Shown here: positions 61,036 to 64,000 of the stretch, in pieces
Numbering within the stretch: position 1 is the first letter of the stretch
Layout of the letters: every line of letters begins with the position of its first letter
Made by a program: the position numbers and the translations under genes
Notes under the pieces: model-generated
What the model was told of the DNA's origin: nothing
Database searches by the model: none
Seen by the model: the letters and a program-made list of their open reading frames with translations, nothing else
Assembly: GCA_965153285.1 (NCBI GenBank)
Contig: OZ229111.1
DNA length: 64,000 nt
DNA from: Podarcis tiliguerta
Taxonomy: Eukaryota
Direction: 5' to 3' (one strand)

Positions 61036-62542
61036 GGTCATCTCAATTGAAATATGTGGCTACCTAAGAGTTCTGCTTGGTTCTGCTTCCACCATCCAGA
61101 TAGCGCTCATTTCTGGAGTGGGCCGTTAGATAAAAGCCATCGCTTGGGCGTGGGCAACTTGGCTGATTTCATGCAGATTGGGGAGCATGGGTGATGCAAC
61201 AGCAAAGGGGTGGCAGAGAGAGAGAGAGGGAAGATGGTGAAGCTCCACGTTTCCCCCCTCTGGTCCCTCCCCCTTTTTGACCCACCTGTCTCTAGCCGCT
61301 GTCCACCACGGGCTCCACCCACTGGGATTCAAATAGAGCCAGATATAGGGCAGCATGACCATTTCCCTTGCACTGCGTGTCAGGCCGAGGGGGTGCCACA
61401 GGGTGCCACAACTATGATGCAGTGAACTGAGCAGAATGGAAGCCAAGAGGCAGGGGTGGGTTTATTTGTTTTTTTGCCACTTCCGAGTTGAGCGCCAGCG
61501 ATCATGGCGGCCCCCTGCTGAGCACCGGAGGGGGAGCTCCGAAAAAAACAGGGTTCTACCGCTACGGCGACGTGGTGAGCCCCTGAAAACGTAGGCGGAG
61601 GAAGCCTACGTCCGTGGGACTCGGCGGGCACCAACAGCGATCCCCTAAAACGTTTCTGGGGCTCAGGAAGAGCTCCGGAGTGTGGAGGGGGTAACGCGGT
61701 GCTGAGAGTCAATCGCTTCTTTTTCGGAGAGACGTCGCACAGCCGTGATCGGAGGAGCGCTCAACTTCTTCTTGGGACAAATTGGATTATAAAAGAACTT
61801 TCCGTGAGTAGGAGAATTACAAATTTTAAAAGGGAAAGAAACAAATTAAGGAACTTTTGGATTTGGCAAGTTAAAAAAGCAAGCTAAATTAGAACCGAAG
61901 CGGTAAGGTTTAACCAGGAAGTCAGCCTTCCGCTCTGTATATAGCTGGAAACAAAGACTTTTGCGTGCCAAACCTTTAAAAGTGCTTTTGAAGAAACGGA
62001 ATCTGGCGTTTTGATAAGGATCTTTTCCCCCCCTAAGTGGCAGGGAAAAGGGGGGGAAGGACTGGAAACTGTATTGCCTGCGTAAGAAAGAGCTGACTGT
62101 GGGGGAACCACCGCCCGGCGCGCCCAGAACCACCGCCCGGCGCGCCCGGCTCTGATCTGTCAATCTGAAAACACAGGGTAAAGGAGGGACTGCGGAGAGA
62201 GACTCTGAGATTTTAAGCTCTGCAAACTGGATTATACTGTTAAAAGCTGAGACTGTTTAAGTCTTGTTACTGGGAGGAATTAGCTGCAAAGTTGCTGGGA
62301 AGGAGAAGGAGAAGACGGGAGCCATTGTTCCCAGGGGCTATTGTATCCCCCTGGTGGACATAAGGATTGTTACAAAGACTGATACAAAGAAACAGAAAGC
62401 AACTGGGAATTTTCCACTGTTTGGTTTTAAAATCTGACAGCTTGCTGCAGCTGGGAAAGTGACTGGGGACTTTCCACTGTTTTGACTTCAAGTCTGACAG
62501 CTAGCCTCAGCTGAGAGTGACCTTGAAATAAGTTGCTGTGGT

Positions 62543-63601
62543 ATGGCAAGTGATAAGGGAAAAGTAGACCAGCTGCCGGAGAAGACTACAAGATCTGGGA
62601 AAACCTTTTACTCAGGAAGAAGAGCCTCTATACCTGACCCAATTGGAGGTGCATCTGTACAACCTAAACCAAAAGCTATGTCTTCAACTGAGGACCTTTT
62701 CAATACAGGATTTGCAAAAATTCAAGAATCATTAAATAAATTGACAGATGAGGTTGTAGAAACAAACAAAAAGGTGTCAGAGACATCTTCTAAAATAGAT
62801 CAAAATACAGCTTGTATTAAACAAAATACGAATTTAATTCAGCAATTATTGCAGGAATCATCAAAAACAAGGAAAATTGCAGAAGAAGCTAAAGCAGCTG
62901 CAGAGGCCACAGAAGAAAAAATACCACCGATTAACAGGCAACTTGAGGACTATAGAACAAGATTTTCCATGCTTGAATTAAAAGATAAACAAACGAATCT
63001 CAGGATCAGATCCTTGCCAGAAATTGAAAAAGAAGGTCTTAAGGAATTTCTTGCACAGGAATTTGCAGATTTCTGGAAACTGGATCTGGATAAAGAAGAA
63101 ATCAAAATAGTAAGTGCTTTCCGACTGGGTAAAACAAGCAGGAGAATCAAGACAAGAGACTGTTTGGTCACCTTTGGATCTAAAGAGGAGAGAGATAAAA
63201 TTTTGGGACTACATTTCCAAAGGCCTTTGGAAGTTGGTGAATCAAGAGTGGAATTGTTCAGGGACATCCCCAAACATCTCTTAGACCTCAGATCTAGCTA
63301 CAGAGACTTGGTCACACAGCTGAGAAAGAACAACATCATCTTTAGGTGGGAGTTCCCTGAAGGGCTTTCGTTTAGTATAAAAGGAAGGAAAATAAAAATA
63401 AAATCAGTGGAAGATAAAGACAGATTTTTAAAGGACTACGAGGAGGACTTACAGAAGGAATTCTTTAAAGACCAAGACCCGTCCGATACACAAGAGAGAA
63501 AAAGGAGAGATATAGCTAAAGCAATCTTGGATTTGGACAAGACGACACCACCGGGACCAGAAGAGAAAGAAGACACATTGGGAGCTTCTGGAGGAATATA
63601 G
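62543..63601 (+). CDS. L1 ORF1 protein (coiled coil, RRM, C-terminal domain), 352 aa
   Basis: Heptad-rich N-half, then NLRIRSLPE (start of the RRM) and FRWEFPEGLSF (CTD), typical of vertebrate L1 ORF1p. Confidence 0.88.
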   Translation: MASDKGKVDQLPEKTTRSGKTFYSGRRASIPDPIGGASVQPKPKAMSSTEDLFNTGFAKIQESLNKLTDEVVETNKKVSETSSKIDQNTACIKQNTNLIQQLLQESSKTRKIAEEAKAAAEATEEKIPPINRQLEDYRTRFSMLELKDKQTNLRIRSLPEIEKEGLKEFLAQEFADFWKLDLDKEEIKIVSAFRLGKTSRRIKTRDCLVTFGSKEERDKILGLHFQRPLEVGESRVELFRDIPKHLLDLRSSYRDLVTQLRKNNIIFRWEFPEGLSFSIKGRKIKIKSVEDKDRFLKDYEEDLQKEFFKDQDPSDTQERKRRDIAKAILDLDKTTPPGPEEKEDTLGASGGI

Positions 63602-63616
63602 CAGACCAATTTCAAG

Positions 63617-64000
63617 ATGTCTCTGCAACTATTAAGCTGGAACTGCAACGGTCTAAACGTGGTTTCTAAGAGAAAATCAATTTTTCACATTTTAAAAAAA
63701 GAACAATTGGACTTGATTTGTTTACAGGAAACACATGTAACTAGGCTCCATAGAAAAATTCTAATTAATAAAAGACTAGGTCAAGAGTTTATTTCATCGG
63801 ACAAAGTTAAAAAAAGAGGAGTGGTGGTATATGCAAAAGAGAGCCTAGCACCAAAATTAATTTTTAAAGATGAACAAGGAAGATATTTGGCAATTGAAAT
63901 TCAACACCATGGACAGAAATATCTGATTGTTGGCGTATACGCACCGAACGAAGGAAAATCGGAATTTTTCAAAAAGTTACATGAGACATTGATGGACTAT
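63617..64000 (+). CDS. L1 ORF2 N-terminal APE-type endonuclease (partial, open to the window end)
   Basis: MSLQLLSWNCNGLN...DLICLQETH...KKRGVVVY...GRYLAI...VGVYAPN. Confidence 0.92.
   Translation, partial: MSLQLLSWNCNGLNVVSKRKSIFHILKKEQLDLICLQETHVTRLHRKILINKRLGQEFISSDKVKKRGVVVYAKESLAPKLIFKDEQGRYLAIEIQHHGQKYLIVGVYAPNEGKSEFFKKLHETLMDY

Larger units (their letters stand above)
61478..64000 (+). mobile_element. L1-clade LINE, 5' portion (CpG-rich 5' UTR, ORF1, start of ORF2), antisense to HDAC7, runs off the window
   Basis: CpG-rich start with YY1-like CATGGCGGC at about 61503; intact ORF1; ORF2 with APE endonuclease motifs. Confidence 0.92.

Noticed and set aside
61380-61712. Antisense ORF in the L1 5' UTR (possible ORF0 analogue)
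   Set aside because: TTG start in GC-rich sequence where long ORFs arise by chance; no supporting motif.

Overview
Vertebrate genomic DNA, inferred to be a squamate reptile (probably a lacertid lizard) from Sauria-type SINEs, Bov-B, CR1, L2 and L1 repeats. Most of the window is one minus-strand gene, HDAC7 (class IIa histone deacetylase). I reconstructed 24 coding exons between 55532 and 5349 by hand. They splice in frame with consistent phases into about 992 codons plus stop (976 aa from the PMDLR Met). The protein carries CtBP, MEF2 and 14-3-3 motifs, an NLS/NES, the CCHC zinc site and the class IIa His-for-Tyr active site. The true first exon(s) and promoter were not identified and probably lie beyond 64000; the poly(A) site was not found. 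Introns are dense with transposons, including the 5' end of an apparently intact L1 (ORF1 plus the start of ORF2) at 61.5-64 kb. Nearly all ORFs in the supplied track are spurious or exon read-throughs. The best leads are: (i) a cryptic 3' splice site with a long AG-exclusion zone and nested complementary stems at 25.5-25.9 kb, which could truncate the deacetylase domain; (ii) a probable GC-AG intron that is mostly a long fold-back; (iii) an unclassified 1.1-kb L1-like non-autonomous retroposon; and (iv) a nested L1-in-SINE insertion with two sets of target-site duplications. No prokaryote-type system (CRISPR, operon) is present.
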